From Octopus sinensis (taxonomy: Eukaryota): 64,000 nucleotides of DNA. The notes beneath the pieces are model-generated. The model searched no databases. It saw only the letters and a program-made list of their open reading frames with translations, and was not told the DNA's origin. A program made the translations under genes and the position numbers. Of the stretch, positions 1-12,679 are shown piece after piece. The stretch covers positions 204,042,001 to 204,106,000 of the forward strand of contig NC_042997.1 in the NCBI RefSeq assembly GCF_006345805.1. The letters run 5' to 3'. Each line of letters starts with the position of its first letter. Position 1 is the first letter of the stretch.

Positions 1-420
1 AGCCTCTTTCTTTTCCGAATCATTAAAAACAAGTGCACCATCATCCATGTAGACACATTTCTCTCCTGTGACATCACAATTTTCTCTCTTTGATCCTCAC
101 GTAGCTGGACATTGGCAGACTTCTTTTCTGCTTCTCCCTTGGCTATGTATACCTGTCGCCCTGCCTCCCTTTTGGCTACCTGGTACAGTTCCCTGCTACC
201 CCCACCCTTCCAGACTTTCCAAGCCTGTTTCTTTGCTCTGATGGCTTTGTCTACCGTATTATTCCACCGCCACGTTACTCTAGGTCTGGAAGCGACTTCA
301 CACCATCCATAGACTTGGTCTGTGGCACTCAGTAAGCTGTCCTGCCTTCTATGTCCAAAGACTGTAGTTCCTCTTCCCTCTCATCAAATTTCTTGATGAG
401 GATGTCCCTAAATCTCTGAC
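1..420 (-). mobile_element. RTE-clade LINE fragment (linker between endonuclease and RT)
   Basis: The minus strand reads ...WWNNTVDKAIRAKKQAWKVWKGGGSRELYQVAKREAGRQVYIAKGEAEKK..., the typical W-W-N / K-x-A-W-K region of RTE ORFs. It is cut by the window edge. Confidence 0.7.
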
Positions 421-569
421 CATGATTTATGTATGTATGTATGTATGTATATATATATATGTATCTCTAAGAATGGCATGTTATATAAAACTGCCAAATT
501 ATTGTATTTCTAAAGCATGGAAGTATTGGTAGCTCTTTTGTAAATTGTGTATGTCATAAATATAATGCT

Positions 570-1846
570 GTGCTTGAGCAGACCTATTGAGTCAAGTACA
601 TCAACATCAAAATAAAAATCAAATGGAAACTGTTGTTGTGACACCTGTGCCGGTGGCATGTTAAAAGCACCATCCGAACGTGGTCGATGCCAGTGCTGCC
701 TTGATTGGCTTCCATGCCGGAGGCACATAAATAGCACCAACTGATTATGGCCATTGCCAGCCTCCTCTGGCCTCTGTGCCGGTGCATGTAAAAAGCACTC
801 ACTATATTCAAGCTGTACCTTGAAATCAAGAGGACAGATCCTGTTGTCTACAGCTCTTTCCTGCAATCAGACCTGGACACAATGCAGCAATGGATCACAG
901 ACTGGCAACTGAAACTGGCTGTGGACAAGTGTACCACCATGCATTTTGGGAGAAAAAACCCTGCGTCCACATACTCCCTCCACAACACTGATATCAAGAA
1001 ATCCTTTTGCGAGCGTGACCTAGGCATCACTGTCAGCGGTGATTTGCATTGGACAAAGCATATCTCTAAAATTGTCAAGAAGGCCGAGGGTGTCTTGGCA
1101 TCACTCAGCAAGACTTTTGTTAGCCGCTCTCCAGCCATCTATTTAAAACTGTATACAGCTATGGTACGACCACACTTGGAATTCGCATCATCAGTTTGGA
1201 ACCCCTATCTTGCTCAGAACATTGACCTCCTGGAATCTGTTCAGAGACGTGCAACCAAACGCATACCCTCCATCAGACACCTACCATATTCTGAGCGCCT
1301 TGTTTCCCTGGGCATGGATTCACTGAAGCTCCGGCGTCTGGCGACGGACTTGGTAAACACCCACAAAGTTATCAACCACCTCACCAACAACAACACTGAA
1401 TACCTTTTTGATCTCCATGTGTCTAACACACATGGACATGCCTACAAAGTCAGAAAACAACACAGCTCCCATGACTTTCGGAAACATTTCTTCACGCTCA
1501 GAGTTGCTGAAGCATGGAATAAACTGCCTGCGTCAGTTGTTGACTGCCATGACACAGCATCCTTTAAGGCCCTCATGCTTTCCGAAATCCGTCGAAACTA
1601 CACCTGATTATATATGCACTTTAGATGAGTTGTAGTGCACCTGAGCACTGTACACAATGTTTATTATTATTATTATTATTATATTCACGGAGTGGTTGGT
1701 GTTAGGAAGGGCATCCAGCAGTAGAAACACTGCCAGATCAGACTGGAGCCTGGTGCAGCCTCCTGGCTTCCCAGGCCCCGGTCGAACTGCCCAACCCATG
1801 CTAGCATGGAAAACGGATGTTAAACGATGACGATGATGATGATGAT
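570..1846 (+). mobile_element. RTE 3'-UTR/tail repeat split in two by the CR1 insertion (570-810 and 1680-1846)
   Basis: The halves join to ...aaaagcactcactatattcacggagtggttggtgttaggaagggcatccagc...ggatgttaaacgatgacgatgat, the same sequence as the tail of the RTE at 15819-17130. Confidence 0.85.
811..1679 (+). mobile_element. 5'-truncated CR1/L2-group LINE (RT C-terminal half, short 3' UTR, (TTA)n tail), inserted in an RTE-tail repeat
   Basis: Open frame 810-1607: KLYLEIK...LQSDLDTMQQW..WQL...KC..MHFGRKNP...ERDLGI...YTAMVRPHLEFASSVWNP...LESVQRRATK...GH..K.....FF..RV...WN.LP, all CR1-type motifs. (TTA)n tail at ~1661-1680. Target-site duplication TATATTCA at 803-810 and 1680-1687. Confidence 0.92.
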
Positions 1847-2201
1847 GGGTGTGTGTTGTGTTCTTGAGCAGAACCCATTATGTCACTTTGCTCTGTGATC
1901 CCTTTGACCCCTAACACATGGTACACCATGCACCCTTTCAGGCAATGTCATTTGGATGGAGGGAGTGAGCTAACGTACAGCCCAAACATTGGATCACCAT
2001 AAACAAATCATCTGTGCAGGTTTTGTTCAGCTAAAGCTGAATATCCACATGTTGTCTTTGATGGGAGAGTCCATTATAACATGTGTGTGTGTGTATGTGA
2101 GTGTGTCTGTGTGTGCTTGTGTATGTGTGTATACATACATACACATACATGTAAGTGTACATACTTATACTTGTCAATAGTGGATGAAAAGTATATACAT
2201 A

Positions 2202-2570
2202 CTAGCAGTATCGCCTGGCATTGCTCGGGTTTGTAAGGGAAATAACTATAAAGCATTTTTAGAGAGTTATAGCCAAAAAATAGCAAAAAAATGCAAAAAA
2301 AAATTATGGTAAATTTTTTTTAAATCGTTGACATTTTTAGAGAGTTACTTCCCTTATATAATAGCGAAAAAATGCATTAAAATGGAAAAAAATGATGGTA
2401 AATTATTTTTAAAATCGTAGACTCATCGTAGACGCGCGCTAATACCCAGAAGGGCTCGATATGAATCACGACTATAAGATACCCGGTTTTATTAAACTGC
2501 ACCGCAAAATGTAGGAGTAGTTAGGAATCTAAATCGTAGGAGACAGACACACAACCTTACTTTTATATAT
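2202..2570 (-). mobile_element. non-autonomous Helitron-like element
   Basis: The minus-strand 3' end is a CCCGAGCAATGCCAGG hairpin followed by CGATACTGCTAG|T (CTAG terminus). The other end is acagacac...ttttatatat. The same terminal sequence occurs at 55400. Confidence 0.6.
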
Positions 2571-2759
2571 ACATATTTACAAATACACATGCACACACTT
2601 ATGCACTCATATATACTCACACACACACACACAAATTAAACACAATGATGTCTGTTCATTTCCTGTTAACCTTGGATGTAGTCTACTTCCTGTCATTCAA
2701 ACTCAGCTCCTGGAAGATCAATTGTTTTTAATGTTTTATATATACATAAACACACATTG

Positions 2760-3370
<611 letters not shown>

Positions 3371-3674
3371 GTATCATATGTGTACAAATAGATTTACGAT
3401 TGGTACTGTTAAGTTTAGAACTCCACCCAGATTATCATAGTCCAGTCTGCTTCTTGTGAAGTGGTTGAGCAACTATTATACTTTGTAATGTTACTAGTTA
3501 TGAAATACAGAGCAAATGCAGGAGAAATTATAATAAACACAAGTTTATATCATTTGTTTTTATTTGCCTGTTCACTTTTTGCTTCTCTTTTCTTTTTGCT
3601 TTTTGGTTTTCTCTCATGATTTCTCTTGCACCAGAGTCCTGTTTTCCAAAATGAATAAACTATGTGCTCAGCAC

Positions 3675-3755
3675 CTGAAGATTGCTTGGAGACACAAGGC
3701 ATGTTATACAAACACACCAAAACTCTTGTCTCCAAAGCATGAAACTACTAACAGC
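3675..3755 (+). ncRNA. degenerate PLE-type hammerhead ribozyme motif
   Basis: CTGAAGA (3675-3681), long stem II TGCTTGGAGACA/TGTCTCCAAAGCA, GAAA (3741-3744), then CTACTA (one change from the palindrome ACTAGT). Stem I does not pair convincingly. Confidence 0.45.
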
Positions 3756-3779
3756 TTGTATTTTTATTCAGCATCATCA

Positions 3780-4158
3780 GTGGAGGCACAATGGCCCAGT
3801 GGTTAGGGCAGCCGACTCTACGGTCAGAGGATTGCGGTTTCGATTCCCAGACCAGGCATTGTGTGTGTTTATTGAGCGAAAACACCTAAAGCTCCACAAA
3901 GCTCCAGCAGGGGGGTAGTGGCGACCCCTGTTGTACTCTTTCGCTCCAACTTTCTCTCACTCTTTCTTCCTGTTTCTTGTCCCCGACTTCCTACACAACT
4001 GCTGAGCCTGGATGCGCATTCATCCATCCATCGATGCTCTCAGTGTCGGGGGTTGACCTGCTTTCTCTTCTGCAGGTCTTACGAATAGCAAAGGACCACG
4101 TTTCGGACTTCTCCCATCTTACGAGCTCTGGGACGAAGACCGCTTCACTCAACAGCAA
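3780..4158 (+). mobile_element. tRNA-derived SINE, family C (ggaggcacaatggcccagtggttagggc...)
   Basis: A box TGGCCCAGTGG, B-box-like GGTTTCGATTCC, (CAA/CAG)n tail, TSD CAGCATCATCA at 3769-3779 and 4159-4169. Related copies at 14314 and ~63003. Confidence 0.8.
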
Positions 4159-4375
4159 CAGCATCATCATCATTTAACATTTGTTTTCCATGTTGGCATG
4201 GGATTGGATGGCTTGACAAGAACTAGCAAGACCAGGGGCCGCAACAGGTTTCATAGTCTGTTTTGGTTTGGATTCCCTGGCTGGATGCCCTTATGCCAAC
4301 CACTTTACAAGAGCGTACTAGGAGCTTTTTTAACACAGCACTATCATCAGTGCTTGTGATGTGTGTGTGTGTGTG

Positions 4376-5177
4376 TGGCTGTGTGGTAAGAAGCTTACTT
4401 CTCAACCACATGGTTCTGGGTTCAGCCCCACTGCATGGCATCTTCAGCAGGTGTCTTCTACTACAGCCTTGGGCCGACCAAAGCTTTGTAAATGGATTTG
4501 TAGACGGAAACTAAAAGAAGCCCGTTGTCTGTATGTATATATTTATGTGTGTGCGTTTGTGTCTGTGTTTGTCTCCCACCCCACCATTGCCCGACAACCG
4601 ATGTTGGTGTGTTTACATCCCTGTAACTTAGCAGTCTGGCAAATAGGAACCTATAGAATAAGCACCAGGCTTACAAAGAATAAGTGCAGAGGTTGATTTC
4701 TTCAACTAAAAGGTGGTGCTCCAGTATGGCTGAAGTCAAATGACTGAAACAAGTAAAAGAATAAAAGAATATATATATATAGGTGCAGGAGTGGCTGTGT
4801 GGTAAGTAGCTTTCTTACCAGCCACATGGTTCCGGGTTCAGTCCCACTGAGTGGCACCTTGGGCAAGTATCTTCTACTATAGCCTCGGGCCGACCAAAGC
4901 CTTGTGAGTGGATTTGGTAGACGGAAACTGAAAGAAGCCCATCATATATATGTATATGTATATATGTGTGTGCATGTGTGTTTGTCCCCCCAACATCGTT
5001 TGACAACCGATGCTGGTGTGTTTATGTCCCCGTAACTTAGCGGTTCGGCAAAAGAGACTGATAGAATAAGTACTAGGCTTACAAAGAATAAGTCCTGGGT
5101 CCGTTTGCTCGACTAAAGGCGGTGCTCCAGCATGGCTGCAGTCAAATGACCGAAACAAGTAAAAGAGTAAAAGAGTA
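4376..5177 (+). mobile_element. two adjacent copies of tRNA-derived SINE family B (gtggctgtgtggtaag...ccttgggcaagt...gaaacaagtaaaaga)
   Basis: Copies at ~4376-4770 and ~4782-5177. tRNA-like head (TGGCTGTGTGG / GGTTCAGTCCC), internal (TA)/(TG) tract and shared tail. More than ten further copies lie in the window. Confidence 0.85.
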
Positions 5178-5312
5178 TATTCATTTATATTTTATTACTT
5201 TGTTTCAATGTGTATCATCATCATCATCATCATCATTAAGCAGATATTAAATGATGAAGATGAGGATATATAGTGAAACAATAGGATATATAGTGAGGAT
5301 ATATAGTGAAAA

Positions 5313-5538
5313 AGCGGCGAGCTGGCAGAATCGTTAGCCCGCCGGTCGAAATGCTTAGCAGTATTTCGTCTGCCGCTACGTTCTGAGTTCAAATTCCGCC
5401 GAGGTGACTTTGCCTTTCATCCTTTCGGGGTCGATAAATTAAGTACCAGTTACGCACTGTGGTCGATATAATCGACTTAATCCGTTTGTCTCTCCTTGTC
5501 CCTTCTATGTTTAGCCCCTTGTGGGTAGTAAAGAAACA
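5313..5538 (+). mobile_element. tRNA-derived SINE family A (gcggcgagctggcagaatcgttagc...gcctttcatcctttcggggtcgataaattaagtaccag)
   Basis: A box TGGCAGAATCG, B box GAGTTCAAATTC, and a central block resembling the Deu/Nin SINE domain. TSD GATATATAGTGAAA at 5298-5311 and 5539-5552. Confidence 0.85.
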
Positions 5539-6061
5539 GATATATAGTGAAACAAAATAATAAAGTAAAAATGAATAAAAAAATAAGTAAATACAGCCAA
5601 GACATAGAGAAAGAGGAAGAGAGAAAGAGAGCACATGAAAGAGGGTGGGGGTGAGGAGGAAGTAAGAGGTTATATAAAAAAAGGAGTGTTTCCAACTGGA
5701 TAGTCTGTTAACACATGGATTGAAACGAACAGAAAATGCAAAAGGAATATCAGCCTAAATATACGTAGATACAAGAATATGGATAGGTCATGACCTTTCG
5801 GACCTTAAGTGTCCTAAGGTGAATTTGTTTATTTCAAGTATGTCCCTTCATTTCTCTTTCCCTTTCTCTGCCCTTTGCTTTCTTTCTGTTCCCCATTTAA
5901 TCACCCCAAGACTTTTAGTTCTCTCTGTAACGTAATGCAATAAAGTGTTCCCTGGATGATCTGTTGTGGTTGAGCATCCAATGCAGACTTCCAAACAAGC
6001 ACAATGTCAGGACAAATGATACAAACACTTGTGTGCATGTGTGTGTGTCTGTGTATGTGTT

Positions 6062-6116
<55 letters not shown>

Positions 6117-6180
6117 ATGTGTATATATATATATATCTATGTCTAGCTATCTACCTACCTATATATATATATATATATAT

Positions 6181-6580
6181 CATCATCATCATCGTTTAAC
6201 ATCCGCTTTCCATGCTAGCATGGGTTGGACGATTTGACTGAGGGCTGGCAAACCAGATGGCTGCACCAGGCTCCAATCTTGATCTGGCAGAGTTTCTACA
6301 GCTGGATGCCCTTCCTAACGCCAACCACTCCAAGAGTGTATTGGGTGCTGTTACGTGTCACTGGCATGGGGGCCAGTCAGGCGGTACTGGCAATGACCTC
6401 GCTCGAACCTTTTTACACATGCCAACGGCACAGGTGCCAGTAAGGCGAAGCTGGTAACAATCACGCTCGAATGGTGCCGTTTACATGTCACTGGCACAGA
6501 AGCCAGTTAGCCGCTCTGGCAATGATCATGCTTGGATGGTGTTCCTAGCACCCTACTAGCACAGGGCTCAAGTGCCAGAT
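6181..6580 (-). mobile_element. RTE 3'-UTR/tail repeat inside (TA)n
   Basis: catcatcatcgtttaacatccgctttccatgctagcatgggttggacg..., the same family as 15819-16630, flanked by (TA)n on both sides. Confidence 0.85.
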
Positions 6581-6755
6581 ATATATATATATATACATAC
6601 ATACATATGAGAGGGATGACCACTATGTGGACAACCCTTATGCTAGAAGTAGATCCGCTATGGTCTTACCACTAAGAAATGTTCTCAAGAAAAATTTAGC
6701 AAACACGAGAACGTAAGTGAGCAAGACAAATGAAAAGTAACAAAATACAGATTAT

Positions 6756-6827
6756 TCACATACATGTTTCACTATTAATAGATTACGTAATTTTACTTAT
6801 GCAATTGTCCATAGATCTTCAGTGTGA
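6756..6827 (-). ncRNA. minimal type-I hammerhead ribozyme (PLE-type)
   Basis: Minus strand: TCACA-CTGAAGA-[stem II tCTAT...ATAGt]-GAAA-CATG-TA^-TGTGA. It has a 5-bp stem I, palindromic stem III (ACATGT) and a GUA cleavage triplet. Confidence 0.75.
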
Positions 6828-7599
6828 CTGTCCATACAAATATAATTTGCAGAACTATATATGGAGACATCTGCACATAATATCCCTCTCTCTGAATTTT
6901 TGTTAAAGAATTTTTGACATCTATATGATCAAGGGAAGTACAAATGTATGAGTCTTAGGAAATATTTTTACTTTATTAGAAATGACAAACAAAAAGTAAA
7001 TGATTTTCCTTTTTTTTATTTACATTTGAGTGATTGTTATTCATGTTTTAAAATTTTACCTTGCTGCGAAATTTTACATCCCTAGAAAAGATTACATTTT
7101 ATTACACAGAATGTCTGAGCTAGTCTCAAAATGCTGACATGAAGATCAATACTTCTTGAAACAGTTTCAACTATAGATGGGCATCATTCATCAAAGAAAA
7201 AAAAACAAAAACAAAATTCTTTTATGACATAATATCAACATTTCACAAAATTTATCTCATAAAACTTGTTATAACAAACTTTTAATACTATCATGATACG
7301 ATTTACAGTCTTTGAATCCATTCTTAACAAAACACTTGTAATAACAAGTGTTTTTGATGTTGCTACTTAGGTATTTTGAAACCATAGCAGAATGATTAAA
7401 TAACTTTTTTTTCCATATACCATAGCTTTCTATTGTAGTTAATGTTGGGGGAGATATTTGTAAGTTTTTAGGTTTAAAATGATATGCAGGAAAATAATAA
7501 TCCTAATATTAGTATTTACTGAGATTTTTAGATTAAATTCTCAAAAGTTTTTTCTTTTACTGATTAGAGAGGTGTGATATGATCCGATCATCGTCTCTC

Positions 7600-9376
7600 T
7601 ATAGACCTGAACAATTGTACTAGATTATCGTGTCTCTACATGCCAAAACAATTGTATCCCAAACTAGATATTTATAGATAACAATCACATCCGAAAATAA
7701 AGCATTATTATGGCTGTCAGTTATCTTTTGTTGAATTCACTGGCTGCCTTTGGTGTTTAGCTACGAGTTAATGTACAAGTTTTATTCCTAAAAAAAAAAA
7801 GTTTTGTTATTTTATATTTATTTCACACAAGCCTGACGCCTACCCAACTTGTGTCCATGTGATTCTTTCTTACAAACACTACAGCAGCAGATTTCGTAGA
7901 GTTTCCTTCTTTCACTGCTGGTAAGTAACTACCTTCTCTGTGGATTCCTTACACACACAAAATTGGTCAAAACCATTTCCACGTGTCAAAGTTTTCTGTA
8001 ACTCCCCCAGCTCTAACGACAAAGCTATAAAGCTGACCGCAGAATTTTGTCAGTTATTTTCATTTTTGCTTTGAATAAATTATAACGAAAACTTGTTTCA
8101 GACTGGGAGACAACAATGTTTGTAAAACTGCAGACTATAGTAACAAGCTATTAGGTTACACTACAGTTTACTTGGAAGTACTTTAATTTTAAAGCTATTT
8201 TATTTTAGTGTTTTATCGTAAAAACTTATCTAAGCTCTATTCTTTATAATACTTAACAATTGTAATAAAAACTGTGAATTTTTTGTAAAAAAAAAAGCAG
8301 TTTTATTTTGTTGTCTCATGAAATCTGGTTATTTTATCAGGAGGAGACTGTTTTCGTTATCACCGTCTGTGGCGGATATTCGTTAATCAGGTGTGGTAAA
8401 GGTAAGTGAACGGGAATTGTTATTTTTACTTGATTTCCAGTTGACAGATAACGGTCACGACTAGTGACACAGCGACTAGGATATCATAGCTACAGAAATA
8501 CAATGATTAACAACAGAGTAAACGAGTGATTACCATTAACTCGGGACATTCGTAGATGTGAGTGTGGACCAGCAGATTCACTGACGACAAACCAGCAGCC
8601 AAGGTTTGCTCTGTTTATCTTATTTTCTTTATTTAACCTACCTCGGTGACAATCATTTTTATTGGCGGTAAATTGAATATATTAGAGAAGAGACACTATC
8701 ATATCTTCTATGCTTCGTCTCTTACTGTCTGGACGTCTATGTCGATGCCCAGTCGGATTAACGATGGAACAATTGAACGGAACAACTCGCTTTATACTTT
8801 CATATCCATAAAGAAGAGATGTTCATTGCAGCTTCTTTAAAGAAACCAATATTCTCAATATGCCGTTAATTCCATACAACATTTCTTTAATGTCAATAAA
8901 TACATATAAACACACACACACACATAACGATATTATTTCCAAAAACTTTTTGCCTCCTGTTAACCTTCCCTTATGTTTCTTTCTACAAAGCTGTATCCTA
9001 CACGTCTCCCCGTCGTTGCATTCCAAAGCAGGCCATGTCGTTATCTAACAACTAAAGAAGGACCTTTTCTAATACCTATCCTCCACGAATCCCATATTTG
9101 TTGTAGTTCTTCCAGTGAAAATAACCCCCAAACATTCTCTCTGTTGCCAATACTCCTTTCAACACTCTTGTCGTGACCTCTTTTATCTTCCATTGAAAGG
9201 CGTCATCACAATTTTTTACTGTAAACAACGAAACTTTTTTTTTCCATCATTTTGTTTCTCGTGTCATGAAGCTTCGACACATTGCTGTTAGTTAATACGG
9301 CATTATGTTAAACAGCGGAAGTTTGAATGTATATGAATATTTTAATGATATATATATATATATATGAATGTTATAT

Positions 9377-9444
<68 letters not shown>

Positions 9445-12100
9445 TGTCTCGAAATTCTGAAGGTTCTAAAACTAAACATAACAATGTTGAACCTAATTCA
9501 GCTGACTGTACACTTAAATAATACTGAAAATGTTAAGTCATCCAATCTAAAATTATAAATAGGGTGAGATTAATGAGAAATATACTTTTACAATTGAGGC
9601 AGTAAGTTGATCTGATACTCGTTGGATAATAAGCTCTGTAACATTCAACTTCATCGAGTAGAAGACGGTTAGACACTCGTCTACACTTAACTCTTTCACA
9701 TTTCTCTGCTGTATTCTACACACTCGCCTATACACTCGTAAATACACACTCACACACCTATTGAATGTAATGGGATGCGACAGGTTAAATGCTTTCTTTC
9801 GTTTTTCACCCTCTGGTCTCTGTTTAAAACCCGCGATCAATGCTTTTGGGTTGTTAAAATAAGTACCAGTGATGCGTTCGATTTAGTCGACCATAACTGC
9901 TTCCAGTATAAATATGGTCTTGTCCCTCTAAGAAAGACATTTATATTTATCAATTTTACGGTTTTTTTAATAATTTTCAGTTGAGGTTGATTGGATTTTG
10001 ATTTTTTATTGTCTATTTTATGTAGAAAATACACACACGTAACTACTCTGTGTGTGTGTGTGTAAATATATATATATAGATAGATTCGTATTCACAGGCA
10101 TAGAAATCTAAATAAAGAAGTCATTTGAGTTGTGTGATATGTTCAGTCAGTCATCAACATTGCTAGACCACGGATGTGTGTGTGTGTGTGTGTGTGTGTT
10201 TATCTTTCTGTATTTTCTCAAGTTGCTCCTCCGAACAGACTTTCTCAACTCATCTCTATTCTTTCCGTATCTCACCCACAAAACACAACAATAAACCTCT
10301 CCAGTTTTTTTTAATTCTCACAACTTCAACCCACTTTTGCTCTTCTGGCCCCTATTTCTCAACCTGCTGAACGAAGTTCGTGTTGAAGATCGACCTCGCT
10401 AGTTTGGCGGGTCTGCCCATAAAGGCAAACGAACATCTTTCTCTCTTCCATGCAAAATAAATTTGATATCTTCTATCTCGGTTTTTGATTAGTTTTATCT
10501 CAATTGAAATTAGTTGCAGTAGAAATTGACGTAATTTGTAGAAGACAACCCTTCAGTTTCTTATTCTCCCCCTTAATATCTGTTTAAAAGAGATTTTCAA
10601 TGTCTTCGATTCTATTAGAAATGTCAATCGATTTAAAAATATTTCTCCTTGATTGCAACTTAATCTTCCATCCTAAACAAATGATCTTTGTTATTATATT
10701 ATATAATATAAATAGCCTCCCTTCTTCATCTTTATTGATATCAGTTCATACAGATGCAATAGTTGTTACTGTTTAAAGAAGCAGGCCAATTCTGACCTGA
10801 TCAAAAGATATTTTAGACATGATGCCCATCCTTTTAAACACATTTTTATAGTTGCAGCGTGTATAGGAACACACATTATCCTAATACATCCATTTTTAAA
10901 GACATGTTATTTATTATTTAACTGAGATTTGGTTGCTATTTCTAGCTGCTCTGTTGATCAGTTAGAAACCTCCTCGTTGGTTCGACTTCAGAGCGGGGGT
11001 ATCAGTTTTATAGGAATATATATATCATGAATAGTAATATATTTTCTCGTTAAAAATATCACGGCAATTCTATCTTGGTTTCATGAAAACGAATTACTCT
11101 TGTTTAAGCACCATGTCGGCCCTAAACAAAAGCGTTCCACTCATGATCATTCCGTCTTTTTGTAAACCTAAAAACTGCATTGTCCAATGTGTCCGCCCCC
11201 ACTTTTCTTTTTCAGATTGCAGGGTGTAATTCGGGAGTGATGTCTGTCTTCTATTTCTAGCAATACGAACACCCACGGGGAAACTCCTTTGAGGTGAGAT
11301 GTAACAACTAGATAGGTTCGATCGTTTTGTATGTGTGTGGTATGTGTGCTAAAGATGAATTTCTATTACGAGCAGACGCATGGATCCTATTCTTTTCGCC
11401 ACTACAATTCCCCCTCACAATTATCATTTCTTGTTGTTTAACCCCAGGTCAGTCCCGATCGAGCAGACCTGTAATCAGAGGTATAAACAACCATCATCAT
11501 CTCGTTGATTTTTATTCATGGTGTATCTATGGTTACGTTGGAGATTCAACTTCTTTTTCTAGTAGGTTAAAGTGACCATCTTGACTTAGTGGATTACTAT
11601 TACTTCATTTATATAGATCAATTGGAGAGGATGATATAGGTTAAATGGATCTCCGAGTCACTGAAGCATGATATAGTTGGCCAGTCTCTCTCACTCTCAC
11701 ATTTATACTACCATCTCTCTCGGTATGTTATACAACAATATAAACCGAATCGACCTCCACAACCACCAATAACAACACCACCACCACCCCGTCAGTAAAT
11801 TGTTTAGTTGTAGCTGAAGTGACAAGATCGATGGGATTTCTCACACAATTTCAAAAACTACAGAAGAAGCAGGCGAGGGATAAATGGATTTATTGCAAAA
11901 TTAACGTTGTTGCCATGGTTACTGACAATTTATCTCTCATCTTTTGAAAATATTTAAGGAATCTCAAGAATCTGGAAGTTTCGTATGTTTAATGTAACGC
12001 GGACAGTTATATAACTTCACATTTGTCGACCGTCGTTGCAGAGGTATTAGCATGGTTTAGAAAATAGATGTCTGTCAGCCTATTAAAAATTTAAACTTCA
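7600..12100. promoter_or_regulatory. repeat-poor, CpG-retaining island; probable promoter/first-exon region, possibly bidirectional
   Basis: No SINE or LINE copies over ~4.5 kb and visibly more CG dinucleotides than the flanks. Donor-like sites on + (7920|gtaagt, 8401|gtaagt, 12043|gtatta) and on - (8642|gtaggt), plus an X-box at 11909. Confidence 0.5.
11909..11922. promoter_or_regulatory. RFX X-box
   Basis: GTTGCCATGGTTAC (reverse complement GTAACCATGGCAAC) matches the canonical GTNRCC-N(0-3)-RGYAAC palindrome. It lies ~120 nt before the donor CAGAG|gtatta at 12043. Confidence 0.65.
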
Positions 12101-12225
12101 TCGTGTTTTATGTTTAATTATCCTGTGATGATTAGAAAGGTTTGTATTGTAATAACATCCACTCTTCCACACCAGAGCCTTAAAATACATTGTCTTGGTC
12201 TTGTTTCTGACTATTTTCGGTTAGA

Positions 12226-12257
<32 letters not shown>

Positions 12258-12343
12258 CTTACATCTATTTTCTTTCCTCCACCTCACTCTCTATTTTGTA
12301 TCACATCGAAACTAACTGTGTCTTAACTTTTCCTCTCACACCC

Positions 12344-12396
12344 TCTCCGAAGAAGGGATATTATTATTGATAAATATCCTAGAAACAGCTGTAAGA
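12344..12396 (+). ncRNA. PLE-type hammerhead motif with a core substitution, in a ~210-nt cassette between (TA)n tracts
   Basis: TCT-CCGAAGA (U4>C)-aGGGATATT...AATATCCTa-GAAA-CAGCTG-TA^-AGA, with a perfect palindrome ACAGCTGT. Confidence 0.65.
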
Positions 12397-12679
12397 CCTT
12401 CTATCTGTAAATGGTCTAATATCTATTATAGCCTTGGTTTTTTTTAAATCTCATTACACAAAAAATTCATATATATATATACATACATACATACATATAT
12501 ATATATATGTGCACTAACACACGCACTAATTATCAAACACAACTTTTTTTTTTTAATATATTGGTTTCAAATATCAGCACAAGGCTAGCAATTTCAGGAG
12601 AGAGGAGGGGTAAGTCGATTACCTCGAACCCCAGTGCTCAACTGGTACTAATAACTTTTTTAATGTGTTGAAGTGCTGA

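Noticed and set aside
8402-8440. gtaagt...ttccag mini-intron
   Set aside because: 39 nt is shorter than normal metazoan introns. The sites are more likely alternatives or chance.
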